This document shows positions 36,978 to 51,715 of a stretch of 64,000 nucleotides of DNA, one piece after another. Where the stretch lies: NCBI GenBank assembly GCA_002104905.1, contig MCFE01000143.1, forward strand, positions 1 to 64,000, written 5' to 3'. A program made the position numbers and the translations under genes. The notes under the pieces were generated by a model. The model saw only the letters and a program-made list of their open reading frames with translations. It had not been told where the DNA came from and did no database searches. The DNA is from Basidiobolus meristosporus CBS 931.73. Lineage: Eukaryota; Fungi; Basidiobolomycota. Numbering within the stretch: position 1 is the first letter of the stretch; every line of letters begins with the position of its first letter.

Positions 36978-39308
36978 ATGAACGACAAAGATAATTTACT
37001 TCACACCTACGCCAGTTATTCCTCCCATCCCATCCAGGCTCAATTTCTCTACGGCAATACTAGCCCTATCCGTTCCCCCAATCATACGCCTTCACCCTCC
37101 ACCTCGCCTGGCGCTACTTTCAATGCCTACAATGGATCCAATCAGTTGTATTCCAGTATACTGCCAAGGTATCCAGGCTTGTCCCAGAAAAGTCTCCTAA
37201 ATTCCGGCTTGTCTCCTATGTCGATGTCCCAATCTTCCCAGTCTTCTTCGAATCAAAACCTCTTAAGCATGATGCCGCTGCCTACTCCTACTACCCCGCA
37301 TCACCAACACCAGATCAATCACCTGCAAATATCACGCCAGTCAACCGGCTCACACCATCACGCTCGTACCGCAGCTGCACTTTCGCGTTCTACTGCTCAT
37401 AGTAATCCCATCACGATTACCGATCCGAACAATCCCTCTGTCACGATCAACGGCTTGAGCAAAAAGTCACAAGAAAAGGAAGGCGCCGGGAGCGACGGTG
37501 GCACCGGAAATCAGTGGACAGTGCTGGACATGGGTGGGATGGGGCTGAAGAATATTAGTTTGGAGTTGTTTGGTTACGAGTTCTTGACCACCCTGTACCT
37601 GAACCATAACAACCTGACCTTCCTGTCTCCCGAAATCCGCCGCTTAACTAATCTTACCCATCTGGATGTGTCGGGCAACAAGCTTACCTCCATTCCTGCG
37701 GAGATAGGCTTCCTAATCAACCTGAAGGAGCTGCTGATGTTCGACAACCTTCTGGAGACAATCCCGCTTCAGCTTGGAACACTGTACCAACTAGAAAACC
37801 TCGGGTTGGAGGGCAACCCAATCAAGGAGCCGCTGATGTCTATTCTGTACAAAGAGGGGATCTCGGGGTTGATTGGCTATCTTCGAGACAGCTGTCCTGG
37901 TATGTAGCTGCCTTTGCCCATCATATGTCTCTCGCCCCACTAATCAGCATCTGAAGTTCCTCCGCCTCCGCCTGAAAGAGAGTGGCTGACCTTTGAGACC
38001 GAGAAGACTGACAGCGAAGCAGAAGACGGTAACGGCGTGCTAGGTGGTCTGTCGAGGCATAGGCTGGGCAATGCTAACGTTTTGCTACTTAGACGTCTTT
38101 ACAATCCTGACCTACAACATCTTGAGCGAGAAATACGCCACGTCACAGCAGTACGGCTACACCCCTTCGTGGGCGCTGGAGTGGGGGTACCGCAAAGACC
38201 TCATTCTTCAAGAAATCCTTTCCTACAGCCCCGACATCATCTGCCTGCAGGTAAGTTTTCTCCAGCACATCCACCCCCACGAAGCAGATTTCTGAACCGC
38301 CACCCAAGGAAGTTGAGACTTCTCAGTACGAAGAATTTTTCCGCGAGCAGCTGAAGCAGGCGGAGTACGAGGGGGTATTCTGGGTGAAAAGCAGAGCCAA
38401 GACCATGAGCGAGTGGGAGCGAAAGTCAGTCGACGGTTGCGCCACCTTCTTTAAATCGTCCCTGTAAGTGAAATGAAACCACGTCGGGAAGTATCGGACG
38501 ACTAATGCATTTCGATTCAGATTCTCCCTTCTTGACCAGAAGGTCATCGAGTTTACCCAGGTGGCTATGCAACGGCCGGATTTCGAGAAGACCGAGGACT
38601 TCTTCAATCGATTCATGACCAAAGACAACATCTCTGGACTGGCTCTGTTGGAAACCAAGAAAGCCAAGCGGAAGATAGTCATTGCCAACGCGCACATCCA
38701 CTGGGACCCCACCTTCGCTGATGTCAAGCTTGTTCAGGTTGGTCTGCTGTTGGATGAGCTGTCGCGGTGCGGTAACGAGTGGATCAAATCCTACAAACTA
38801 GACTACCAGACCATCTCCAAGTTCCCAACCATCATATGCGGCGATTTCAACTCGCACCCCACTTCGGGGGTGTACGAGCTGTTGTCTCGAGGAACGGTCG
38901 CCTCGGACCATGAGGATATCGGATCTTACAATTACGGGGCTTTCACATCCAAGGGGCTATCTCACAAGCTTCCCCTTCGAAGCGCCTACTCCCAGATTGG
39001 CGAATTGCCGTTCACAAACTTTACTGCCCACTTCACCGGGGTGATAGATTACATCTGGTTCAACACGGGAACGCTGAATGTCAACGGCCTTCTAGACGGC
39101 TTGGACAAGGAGTATGTCGCTAGAAATGTCGGCTTCCCCAACGCGCAAAACCCATCCGAGTAAGTAGCATCGCACAGGTCTCCTCCGGCCACGCTAACCC
39201 CCTCCTCTTCTGCATAGCCATATCTGCCTGCTAGCCGAGTTCAAATTCAGAGCGCCGCAAACAGGCCCCACGAACCCGCTCTTTCGAAAACCCAATTCAA
39301 CAAAATAA
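36978..39308 (+). CDS. CCR4: CCR4-NOT deadenylase Ccr4 (LRR + EEP nuclease), multi-exon
   Basis: LRRs ([22 protein letters not shown]), [37 protein letters not shown] and PSDH after splicing. Confidence 0.96.
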
Positions 39309-39334
39309 GATGCAATAGACGTTGGGACCGAACC

Positions 39335-39356
39335 CTCTCTCTCTCTCTCTCTCTCT
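39335..39356. repeat. (CT)11 microsatellite
   Basis: Directly visible, in the CCR4 3' region. Confidence 0.9.
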
Positions 39357-39648
39357 GACCAAAATTCGCCAATTTTCTTCCCCACCAATGTTGATTGAAT
39401 CAAACTTTTTATTGTCCTTTGTTTCTTGTTTAGGTGTAAATAAGCATCGAGTTTCTTCTTTCCCCGTTTTTCATAAACCATTCGAAAGCCACCCCCGAGT
39501 TGGCGTGATCATCCCGACTCGACTCCCTGCTGAGCCTCAGATCACATGGTTTTTATGACTTGAAATCACCTACCCATTGATTACCGAATAAGTTTATGAC
39601 TTCTGAATAAATGCTTCTTTTTACTACTTTCCCAGCCCAGCAATAACC

Positions 39649-40457
39649 ATGAGGGTAGTGGGTCTGACCGGGGGCATCTCCACTGGTAGGATGTCGTCTC
39701 AAGGTACCTTGCTGCTCGGGAGACTCACGTGCTTTGTTTTCCTTAGGCAAGTCTACGGTCTCTCGTATGCTTTCAGAGGCTGGCTATCCCATCATCGATG
39801 CGGACCTGATTGCCAGAGAGATCTTGTATCCTGGCAAGCCAGCCTACAACAAGATAGTGAAAACCTTTTCAACCGAGATCCTCCAAGCCAACGGAGAGAT
39901 AGACCGCGCCAAACTGGGCGCCCTGGTCTTTTCCGACGAGAGCGCGCGCAAGAAACTAAACAGCTGTACCCATCCCTACGTCAAGCGTCGGATGGTCGAG
40001 CTCGTGCTGTACTACTACGTCACCGGGCACTCGTTGGTCTTTCTGGACGTCCCGCTGCTGTACGAGGCCAAGCTTGATAAGTTCGTGAGCTGCGTTGTCG
40101 TGGTGTATTGGTAGGAGAAACGGCCAGAGCCCCCTTCTCGATGAGCCTCAGAAATAACCAGCTTCCTCTCCTTCCAGCTCGACCGAGGCCCAGCTCCAAC
40201 GCCTGATCAAAAGAGATGGCTCCACCGCGGAGGCTGCCCAAGATAGAATCAACGCACAGATGTCTATCGAGGAGAAGAAGGGGCTGGCAGACATCGTGAT
40301 CCATAATACCGGTACCATACAGGAGACCCAAGAACAGGTGAAGGCTCTGCTCCACAAGCTTCAGCCATCCGCATTTGCCACGGCGTTCTACCTGGCGGCA
40401 CCGGTGATTTCCGTAGCATCGTTGTTGCTTGGCATCAAGTATTGGTACTCTAGGTAA
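39649..40457 (+). CDS. CAB5: Dephospho-CoA kinase, 3 exons
   Basis: MRVVGLTGGISTGKSTVS P-loop after splicing, IIDADLIAR, IDRAKLGALVF, DVPLLYE, RINAQMSIEEK and a C-terminal membrane anchor. Confidence 0.95.
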
Positions 40458-40739
40458 GCCAGCAGCCTCGAGTTTGAAAAATAAATTATTCTTACAGTTT
40501 TATTTTGAGCATGAGCATGGGCATGAGCATGATGGATGAGTGGGGAGTGGAGGGTGGAGGGTGGAAGTGATGGTGTGCTTTTAAATGGGAAAAAGTCTAG
40601 TACATGAATGAGTGATTTGGGCGGGATCCATAATATTTATACAAGAATTTTTGCTGCGACAACTTACGAAAATCTTGTGGTAACTACGGCCTTGGGAAGG
40701 GAAAAAGAATTGGAATGAGATTATGCATATGAACAGTGA

Positions 40740-42722
40740 TTAGATGCCGGCTGAAGCGTTAGGTGTGCCTATCCTTGTCGGGTAGATGTTGGTATGTGTG
40801 GTGTTCGGTGACAGCCCGTTCATTTTCTCGTAGATTCTCCTCGCGTTCGCCCGGTCCTTCGACCTGAAGCATAGCGTCAACAGAGTTTTGTATGAGACGT
40901 TGTTGGGGGCCACTTGGTCCTTCTTCATCAGTTCCAGTATGACCCGTGCGCTGTCCATGTCCTTGAGCTTGGCGAATAGATCCAACAGGGACGAGTATAC
41001 GTAGATGTCTGGTTTGATCTGGTTCTTCCTCATTTCCTCGAACAGTTTCCAGGCGCCCTGGACGTCTCGGTTTTGGACGTAGCCCTGCAGGAGAACTGCG
41101 TAGGTCACCACATCCGGCTTGATGTTCGCCTCGAGCATCTTGTGGTACAGCGCCAGCGACGTCTCCGGGTCCAACGAAAGATTCGCCTGGTGGATCAGCG
41201 ATGTGTACGTGACCACGTTCGGGGTGACCCCGCGAGAGGACATCTCCTTGAACACCTCCTCGGCACTCTCGACCTCCAACTGCTTCATGTATCCGTTGAT
41301 GAGGGTGCTGTACGTGAAGATGTTCGGTGGGATCTTGTTCCTCTTCATCCACTCGAACCATTGGTTCGCCTGTCCCATGTCCCCGATCTGGGCAAACCCG
41401 CTGATCAGCGTTGTACAGACATACTCGTTGGCGCTCGTCCTGTTGGCGAGCATCTCGTAGAACAGCTTGACTGCGTTATCCATCTGGCCAGCGTCGGTTA
41501 GTGCACTTAGCAAGCTATTGTAGACGATGGTGGGCACCCGGTGGTTCAGCTTTCGCATCCTCTGGATCAGGATGTGCGCACTTCGGAAATCCCTCTGCTG
41601 AGCATAGCCTGCCACGACGTACCCGTACACTCGGCTGTATGGATACACCTTCATCGCCAGCATGTCGTTGAGCACCTGGCTGGCCGCCTCCATGCGCCCT
41701 TGCTTGGAATGCTCCAGGATCAGCGTGTTGAAGATGCGTGGATCGACCGGCTGGGGCGAGATGCCGCCCTTTGAACGGGAGAGCGATCGCTTGTAATCCC
41801 CATACACCGACATGGCATCCTCCGGCCGGTCATGTGACATGCACATGGTGATCAGCTCAGCGTAGACCGAGGGAAAGATCGGGGTCTTCGCGGTGGTGGA
41901 TGCCATCGAGTAATATCGGAGAGAAAGATCTACGTCCTCCTTCATTAGAAAGTAGATGACAAGATTGTTAAGCAGCTTCGGGTCCATCTCCAGATGCTTC
42001 GGGATGATCGAGGAGATGCTCAACAGCGAATCGATGTCTCCTAATTGGACGAAAAGCTCGGTCACCCGGTCAAAGATCGGTTGGGTGTAGGTGAGGTGAG
42101 CAGGGAGAAGGGATTGGAGAAGGGAAAGATATCTGGAAGAATCAATGCCCCCGAGTGGACCACGAAGAAGGTCCAGCAGAAGGGCTTCCCGGTGGGACTG
42201 TGTGGACAAAGTCTTGAATACCTCGATAACCTCGGGTATCAGGTTGTTTGCTAGTAACCGCTTTGCATAAGCAAGATAAACCTCTTGGGAGATTTCCATG
42301 TGTGAAGCTATCTGGTAGTCGAAAAGGATCCGCCATCTATCGAGGGCGGAGTGGGTGGTTGTGAGTCGAGTGGATACTGAGGGGGGAAGCTGTAGGGGAG
42401 CAAGTTGCGAGGTGGACGGTTGCGTAGAGAGGATACGAAATATATCTATTCCTAGAGCTGTTTGCATGTGTTTTTTCTTGGACTGAGTGGCTTCCTTGTT
42501 CTTGGTAAGAATGCTAGAGCAAGAGAAGGCCTCATAATTCGTAGAAAAGGACTTCACTGGGGAAGACTGATCTCGACAGGGGCTGATACTACTAAACTTT
42601 CGCTCGTTCTTGCAGCTACACCACCGGCTGTGCACGGCGGGATCAGCACCGGTCTGTAGCTTTGTGACAGAGCGACCTAGGCGTAAGAAAGCGCGAGTGG
42701 AGCGCATCAAAGAAGTACGCAA
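40740..42722 (-). CDS. Pentatricopeptide-repeat (PPR) protein, probably mitochondrial
   Basis: Many 35-aa repeats (FNTLILEHSKQG, YNSLLSALTDAG, PNIFTYSTLINGY, PNVVTYTSLI, PDVVTYAVLLQGY, PDIYVYSSLL) and an Arg/Ser-rich presequence-like N-terminus. Confidence 0.9.
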   Translation of the reverse strand: MRTSLMRSTRAFLRLGRSVTKLQTGADPAVHSRWCSCKNERKFSSISPCRDQSSPVKSFSTNYEAFSCSSILTKNKEATQSKKKHMQTALGIDIFRILSTQPSTSQLAPLQLPPSVSTRLTTTHSALDRWRILFDYQIASHMEISQEVYLAYAKRLLANNLIPEVIEVFKTLSTQSHREALLLDLLRGPLGGIDSSRYLSLLQSLLPAHLTYTQPIFDRVTELFVQLGDIDSLLSISSIIPKHLEMDPKLLNNLVIYFLMKEDVDLSLRYYSMASTTAKTPIFPSVYAELITMCMSHDRPEDAMSVYGDYKRSLSRSKGGISPQPVDPRIFNTLILEHSKQGRMEAASQVLNDMLAMKVYPYSRVYGYVVAGYAQQRDFRSAHILIQRMRKLNHRVPTIVYNSLLSALTDAGQMDNAVKLFYEMLANRTSANEYVCTTLISGFAQIGDMGQANQWFEWMKRNKIPPNIFTYSTLINGYMKQLEVESAEEVFKEMSSRGVTPNVVTYTSLIHQANLSLDPETSLALYHKMLEANIKPDVVTYAVLLQGYVQNRDVQGAWKLFEEMRKNQIKPDIYVYSSLLDLFAKLKDMDSARVILELMKKDQVAPNNVSYKTLLTLCFRSKDRANARRIYEKMNGLSPNTTHTNIYPTRIGTPNASAGI

Positions 42723-43197
42723 AGGTCAAACAACAGAGGGTAGGCTGACTTCTACAAAATCAACGATATCGTTCCAATTCAAACCGGGGCGGTTCTAGAA
42801 AGGTTCTTGCGGGGTGTACGAAAACCAATATTACAGTGGGGAAGCTCTGTTCAGAAGATTAGAGTTGCATTTAGTTGGCAATACGACCGCAACTAAAACG
42901 AAGTACCGTTCGCCTGTTTGGAAAATTGGGGTAAAGTGGGGAGGAACCGAAATGTTTCGTTGAAGTGAATCCCTTCAATACCAGCGGACAAAAAATTTTA
43001 TTGCCTTGAGCATCGATATTGGGTTTGCCTAATTTATATCAATGTTACACCAACCAACCTCCGCTGACCGATTTCGTCGGCTAATCAATCGGCTAGGTGT
43101 GGAATTAAAGTTGTGATGGTAGGGTGCGATTGTGGTTTGGCAGGCATATTTATTTCAAGATATTCTTACAAGGGCACTTTATTCTACATATGAATAT

Positions 43198-44487
<1,290 letters not shown>

Positions 44488-45496
44488 CTATGATCTCAGT
44501 CCATCGGAAGGTTGGCGGTAATTTTTAGCTCATTTTGTCGATAGGTTTCCATATGAATCCATTCAAATAAGCCAGGCCGAGTGCCCATCATGATTAGCAC
44601 AGCTTATTTCGCCCATTGACATGTGATATCGAGTGATGCACCGTGGAAATTGTTTATTGGTTGAGGGCTCGATGGCTGCTTCAAGCAGCCACCTTTACCA
44701 GACTTGGGACACTGCCAACTTAATGCCATCCAAGGTCGCTTTTCTAGATGGTTGCACATATGTATTCGTTGAAATCAAAGGAATTCGGCTGTAGCGTTTC
44801 CATAGGTGGAGCATTGGAGGCTAATGGATCACGAACCCAAATTCTTATGCCAATTAACCATTCATGCAAGAACCAGTGTACCACACCTACAATGACTCAC
44901 ACCCATGGATTTATTAAATCTCAGCTGGATGCCGAACTTCTACTGTCGCCGGTGGTCTATGCTTAAATCTTGAATTTTACATGCGGGTGATGCATGAATA
45001 TTGCTAAGAGGCGCCATTATACAAGACTCCATAGCTCATGTATTGGTTACAAAACTGTGTGTACACCTATTTATTGGATATTATTGGGGAGGGGGATAGC
45101 TACAGTATTGCTATATCTCAGATACAAACGTGATGAGTGTTGCATTAAACGAGACAACAGTTAGATACGCGGCTTAGCTGAAGGCAAATTTTCGTTGGAA
45201 AATATGCTAAAACCGTAACAAGTTGCATAAATCTAGAGATGGAAGTAAATAATCTGGATCAGAGAATTTTTAGGATAGTTACCAAATTAAATGTTTATTC
45301 GGAGTGGTTGAAATCAGTAGCGTGCGGGAAATATTCAACTATTACTGGTTGTAGTTGAATACCGAAAGAATTCACAGAATGTTATCCCATTGATTGTTGA
45401 ATGTGAAGTTCGGCCTTTTCTTGGAATAGAAGTGCCGAAATTTCATCAGTTTATTCATAAAATAGATTCTCAGCGTGTTAGCGAAGGAGGGTATTC

Positions 45497-46759
45497 TTAT
45501 TGGTTGGAGTTAAATACCAAAAGGTTAGGAGTGGTTCCCTTCAATCCAGTGATCGCATTCTTGGTGGCCTTGGCGGCGAGTGCTGCATACACCTGAGCTG
45601 GGCTGCTTAAGCCTCCTTGGGACAGGTACAAGGCAGCAACACCAGCAACATGAGGACTAGCCATGCTAGGTGCCAGAGATCTTCTTCGAGGCTGAGGTGC
45701 CACCGATCCAGGCAGAGGTGATGTCCTGACCTGGGGCCAAGATCTTCACACACTTGCCATAGTTGCTGAAGCTGGCCAAGGTGTCGGAGATGGTGGTGGC
45801 TCCAACAGCGAACGCATCGGCGGCATTGGCAGGGGACACGTTGCAAGCATCCTGGCTCTCATTACCGGCAGCCACAATGAAGGTGACACCGGCCTTGACA
45901 GCGGCATTCACGGCCTGCTTCAAAGCCTCACTGTTGCCACCGCCAAGGGACATGTTGGCCACACTCTTGCGACCACTCTTCTTGGCCTGCTCGGCCACCC
46001 AGTTCACCCCGGAGATGACACCTGAGGTGGTGCCACTCCCGCTGCCACTCAGCACCTTCACTCCGATGAGCTTGGCCTTCTTGGCTACACCATAGGCGTT
46101 GCCACCCACTGTGCCAGAGACATGGGTTCCGTGACCATTGAGATCGTCATTGGCCTCGCCAGTGATGAAGCTCACAGGAAGTGTGGCCCTGCCTCCGAAG
46201 TCGGCATGCTTGACATTGATACCAGTATCGATGACATACACATCAACACCCTCACCAGCCACATCAGGATAGTTGTATGGGGCGCTGGTGTTGCGGGTGC
46301 GCTGCGAGACTCTTGGAAGGCCCCAGCTTGGAGGGTTGTTCTGTACTCCAGAGATGGTGAACACTTGCTCAGCCTCGACGTATTCGATATCTCCATTGGT
46401 CTTGAGCTCATTGACTAAGCCTTGGCTGAGCACGCCGGCATAGGCGTTGAAGCTGTCCAAGGAGTACTTGTTCTTGAGCTCATTCTTCAGTCCGTTGTTG
46501 CCACTACGGCCACGGTTGTACTGGTCCAGCTTAGTCTTGAGGAATTGGTCAACTAGAGATCGAAAGCGTGGTTAGCCATCACTACCATGATGCGTGTTTA
46601 CTTTGGGAGTTCTCGCACTCTACCTTTGTTTGAGTCTGCGCCTTCCTTGATCTTGACGATGTACTTGTTGGATACGTCCACGCTTTGAGCTTCGGTAAGC
46701 TGAACAGTCAAAAGAATGGCTACGAGGGAACCCAAAGTGAAAGTGCGGATGTTGACCAT
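45497..46759 (-). CDS. Subtilisin S8A (proteinase K-like) copy A, with a +1 frameshift at about 45668 just before the catalytic Ser
   Basis: Signal peptide, I9 prodomain, and IDTG / HGTHVSG / GTSMASPH triad. Intron 46553-46623. The extra base creates ACC-TAG. Either an artefact or a pseudogene. Confidence 0.85.
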
Positions 46760-47556
46760 TTGTGAAGGCTAATATAATTGATTATCTGTTAGAAAGCAAG
46801 GACTGCGATCTATGTTTTATACCAATTAGAGGATGTCGCAATTGCATGCTTCTCAAATTTAAAAATATTTAATGAAAATAAGTAGCAGGATGTACTATTG
46901 CCATCGAGTATAGAATGCTGATAACCCATATCAACCAAAACCTTAGAATTCTCAAATGTGTACCAAGCACCTGGTGGGAAATTTTCCCGTCTGATGGTCC
47001 AGTTTCAAGTATATTACTTCGAACAGAACGTCACGACTTGCGAAATCACAACCAGTATTTCGGGTCAAATCCGGTTTGGTCATGGGCGGCATCAAGTCGC
47101 GATTTGATGAAACGTAGATCCCTTCTATATTGCCGGAGTAGTACAGGTGACTTTCACAGATAAAGCGCCATCGTCTGATAATCCATGCTCTCAGAACTTG
47201 GCGTTATTGGAGTGCACATAATTCCATTATCCGGTACGTGGATCCTGATATATTATGGCCGACCATAGATTTACCGAAGATTAAGTCTCCATCTTGTGAA
47301 TTCTAAAATAAAGAACCATTGCCTGGCCAAATCTGAAATTCATGACAAACTATACACGCATAAGCAAAACCGAGATTGCTTCTACAGTCACGATGTTGTA
47401 CAATTCAATATGTCAGTATATAAATTATTCGAGCTCTGAGTAAACGATGATTTTGTATTCATCTTTAGCAAGCATTCGGCAATAGATTGAGGGTAGAGGC
47501 CCGAATGAAAATCATAAATATTGCAGTTTATTTTGTCACAGTAGATTAGGACTCAA

Positions 47557-48819
47557 TTATTGGTTGGAGTTGAACACCAAGAGATTGGGGGTAGTGCCCT
47601 TCAATCCAGTGATCGCATTCTTGGTGGCCTTGGCGGTGAGTGCTGCATACACCTGAGCTGGGCTGCTTAAGCCTCCTTGGGACAGGTACAAGGCAGCAAC
47701 ACCAGCAACATGTGGACTAGCCATACTTGTGCCAGGAGATCTTCTTCGAGGCTGAGGTGCCACCGATCCAGGCAGAGGTGATGTCCTGACCTGGGGCCAA
47801 GATCTTCACACACTTGCCATAGTTGCTGAAGCTGGCCAAGGTGTCGGAGATGGTGGTGGCTCCAACAGCGAACGCATCGGCGGCATTGGCAGGGGACACG
47901 TTGCAAGCATCCTGGCTCTCATTACCGGCAGCCACAATGAAGGTGACCCCGGCCTTGACAGCGGCATTCACGGCCTGCTTCAGAGCCTCACTGTTGCCAC
48001 CGCCAAGGGACATGTTGGCCACACTCTTGCGACCACTCTTCTTGGCCTGCTCGGCCACCCAGTTCACCCCGGAGATGACACCTGAGGTGGTGCCACTCCC
48101 ACTGCCACTCAGCACCTTCACTCCGATGAGCTTGACCTTCTTGGCCACACCATAGGCGTTGCCACCCACTGTGCCAGAGACATGGGTTCCGTGACCATTG
48201 AGATCGTCATTGGCCTCGCCAGTGATGAAGCTCACAGGAAGCGTGGCCCTGCCTCCGAAGTCAGCGTGCTTGACATTGATACCAGTATCGATGACATACA
48301 CATCAACACCCTCACCAGCCACATCAGGATAGTTGTATGGGGCGCTGGTGTTGCGGGTGCGCTGCGAGACTCTTGGAAGACCCCAGCTTGGAGGGTTGTT
48401 CTGTACTCCAGAGATGGTGAACACTTGCTCAGCCTCGACGTATTCGATATCTCCATTGGTCTTGAGCTCATTGACTAAGCCTTGGCTGAGCACACCGGCA
48501 TAGGCGTTGAAGCTCTCCAAGGAGTACTTGTTCTTGAGCTCATTCTTCAGTCCGTTGTTGCCACTACGGCCACGGTTGTACTGGTCCAGCTTAGTCTTGA
48601 GGAATTGGTCAACTAAAGATCGAAAGGGGGGTTAGCCATCACTACCATGATGCGTGTTTACTTTGGGAGTTCTCGCACTCTACCTTTGTTTGAGTCTGCG
48701 CCTTCCTTGATCTTGACGATGTACTTGTTGGATACATCTACGATTTGAGCTTCGGTAAGCTGAACAGTCAAAAGAATGGCTACGAGGGAACCCAAAGTGA
48801 AAGTGCGGATGTTGACCAT
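47557..48819 (-). CDS. Subtilisin S8A copy B, with a +1 frameshift at about 47735
   Basis: Near-identical to copy A including the intron. TCCT in place of TCC/TCT in ISG(T)SM. Confidence 0.85.
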
Positions 48820-49663
48820 TTGCGAAGGTGAGGATATTTAGTTGCTTAACTGAGGGTACTGCACTTTCACTTTTATATTGTCGTTATTAGTAAAAATTCT
48901 CATAACAACTAATGTTCTTGCAGAAAACGGAAAAGATGAGCATACATACTAGTATGTCACATTGAATACATCCAATTCAATCTTAACAGTCGTTTGTACT
49001 CGTGATTCTGGGTTCACACACTAACGGGCTACTCGGCCTATTCGTCAGTTAGACATCAAGTGCTTCTGAATTTGGGATTGGAAGAATACTAGCTGTAAAC
49101 TTGTTATGACTGTCAAGCCCACTAGTCCACTCATCTGATCAACGAAGATCTTTGCCATATCGCTGGATTGACCATGTGATAGCAACAGCCGTTGCCATCC
49201 CATTTGATTGAGAATACCTGAATTGTCTCGATTCCCGACCTCCGGTCGTAATTTTACAACCTCTGGATCCGATCGCAGTCTTCCCAGGTTCCAAAACGTA
49301 TGCACACTGTCCTCTAATTCACACATGTTACATCTTAATCAAAATCGTTGCAACACCTGGTGGTAGTATTAGCAAGAAGGTGATAATCAACGAACCGTGG
49401 GTGTTTAATTATTATTATAACTATTCAGTAGTAACATATTGACCTAGTACCAGATGAGAGCACCAACGAACCACTTGTCAATCAACATTATTTTTAACGT
49501 TTTAACGATAGTAGGAATGGCAAATTAAATAATGTATTCATTTAGGTATAGTAGAGATTTCACAACCTACTTTTTGCAGTCACCGCTATTTCAATTGCTA
49601 TAATGGTGGTGTTTATTTAACGCCGAAAATATTGGTGGAACAGTAAATAAGGTTTCGATATTC

Positions 49664-50927
49664 CTATTGGTTAGAGTTGAACACCAAGAGATTGGGGGTG
49701 GTACCCTTCAATCCAGTGATCGCATTCTTGGTGGCCTTGGCGGTGAGTGCTGCATACACCTGAGCCGGGCTGCTTAAGCCTCCTTGGGACAGGTACAAGG
49801 CAGCAACACCAGCAACATGTGGACTAGCCATGCTGGTGCCGGAGATCTTCTTCGAGGCTGAGGTGCCACCGATCCAGGCAGAGGTGATGTCCTGACCCGG
49901 GGCCAAGATCTTCACACACTTGCCATAGTTGCTGAAGCTGGCCAAGGTGTCGGAGATGGTGGTGGCTCCAACAGCGAACGCATCGGCGGCATTGGCAGGG
50001 GACACGTTGCAAGCATCCTGGCTCTCATTACCGGCAGCCACAATGAAGGTGACCCCGGCCTTGACAGCGGCATTCACGGCCTGCTTCAAAGCCTCACTGT
50101 TGCCACCACCAAGGGACATGTTGGCCACACTCTTGCGACCACTCTTCTTGGCCTGCTCGGCCACCCAGTTCACCCCGGAGATGACACCTGAGGTGGTGCC
50201 ACTCCCGCTGCCACTCAGCACCTTCACTCCGATGAGCTTGGCCTTCTTGGCTACACCATAGGCGTTGCCACCCACTGTGCCAGAGACATGGGTTCCGTGA
50301 CCATTGAGATCGTCATTGGCCTCGCCAGTGATGAAGCTCACAGGAAGTGTGGCCCTGCCTCCGAAGTCGGCGTGCTTGACATTGATGCCAGTATCGATGA
50401 CATACACATCAACACCCTCACCCGCCACATCAGGGTAGTTGTATGGGGCGCTGGTGTTGCGGGTGCGCTGCGAGACTCTTGGAAGGCCCCAGCTTGGAGG
50501 GTTGTTCTGTACTCCAGAGATGGTGAACACTTGCTCAGCCTCGACGTATTCGATATCTCCATTGGTCTTGAGCTCATTGACTAAGCCTTGGCTGAGCACG
50601 CCGGCATAGGCGTTGAAGCTGTCCAAGGAGTACTTGTTCTTGAGCTCATTCTTCAGTCCATTGTTGCCACTACGGCCGCGGTTGTACTGGTCCAGCTTAG
50701 TCTTGAGGAATTGGTCAACTAAGCGATTAAAAGCGTGGTTAGCCATCACTACCATGATGCGTGTTTACTTTGGGAGTTCTCGCACTCTACCTTTGTTTGA
50801 GTCTGCGCCTTCCTTGATCTTGACGATGTACTTGTTGGATACGTCTACGATTTGAGCTTCGGTAAGCTGAACAGTCAACAGGAATGGCTACGAGGGAACC
50901 CAAAGTGAAAGTGCGGATGTTGACCAT
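49664..50927 (-). CDS. Subtilisin S8A copy C, with a +1 frameshift in exon 1 at about 50883
   Basis: Exon 2 (50718-49664) is intact and the intron is 50719-50790. Exon 1 is 137 nt instead of 136 because of ATTC at the Ile codon. Confidence 0.85.
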
Positions 50928-51715
50928 TTCAGAAGAAGAGACTTGATTGCTTGTTGTCACAATATGGAGCTGCGCTTTTCTATTTATAAGCTCGCATGCT
51001 GGTATTCCCTTCCATTCTACAGCCAGATTGTCAAAGTAGTAAAGATTTACCAATAGGTTACATCTCAAGATTTTCTTGTTTTTTAATTCGGTCATGTTTC
51101 AATGGCGCAATACATACATGGTTTATTCAATGGTGCAATTCAATGCCTACCAAAGGGGTTACGTATACCATCATACCAAATCTCTTTTAGCTAGGTGTAT
51201 GGTCTGGTTTTTTCCAATTCGAAAGCGAGCCTGTTGTCAGAAAAAGTGTAACACAGAATAGGATACTCCTTGATCCACGATTTCATACACTGATCATCAA
51301 CTCTGTGGTCGAATGATTGATTGATTATTGTTACCACATGGCTGGATTGAGCTTTGGAAATTGGTACTTTATCCATATAGGAATATTGTCGCAATCCGAG
51401 GGATCTGCAGGATTGTATCAAGTGAGCATCTTTCATTAAATTCGGTTAGGTTGGACAGCTCCGCAATGGAAATTTCTGGCTCTTACCTTCCCAGTCAACC
51501 AATTCCCGATATATCAACAAATGCTAGTGTGATGAAGACTCGATTATTTTCAACAGATTCAACGTTAATATCGATACTAATCATTTGGAGTGACGATCCG
51601 CATTCAAAAACCTCATACCGTGCGATATGATAGCCATACGAGTGAACATGGAGAAGCGTTAATGTGGTTGTTTATTAAAATAATTCAACTCAGGTCAGAA
51701 ATGATAATGAATGAG

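Noticed and set aside
40507-40570. (GAGCAT)n and GGGTGGAGGG runs between CAB5 and the PPR gene
   Set aside because: Short low-complexity 3'UTR sequence with too few G-tracts for a confident quadruplex call.
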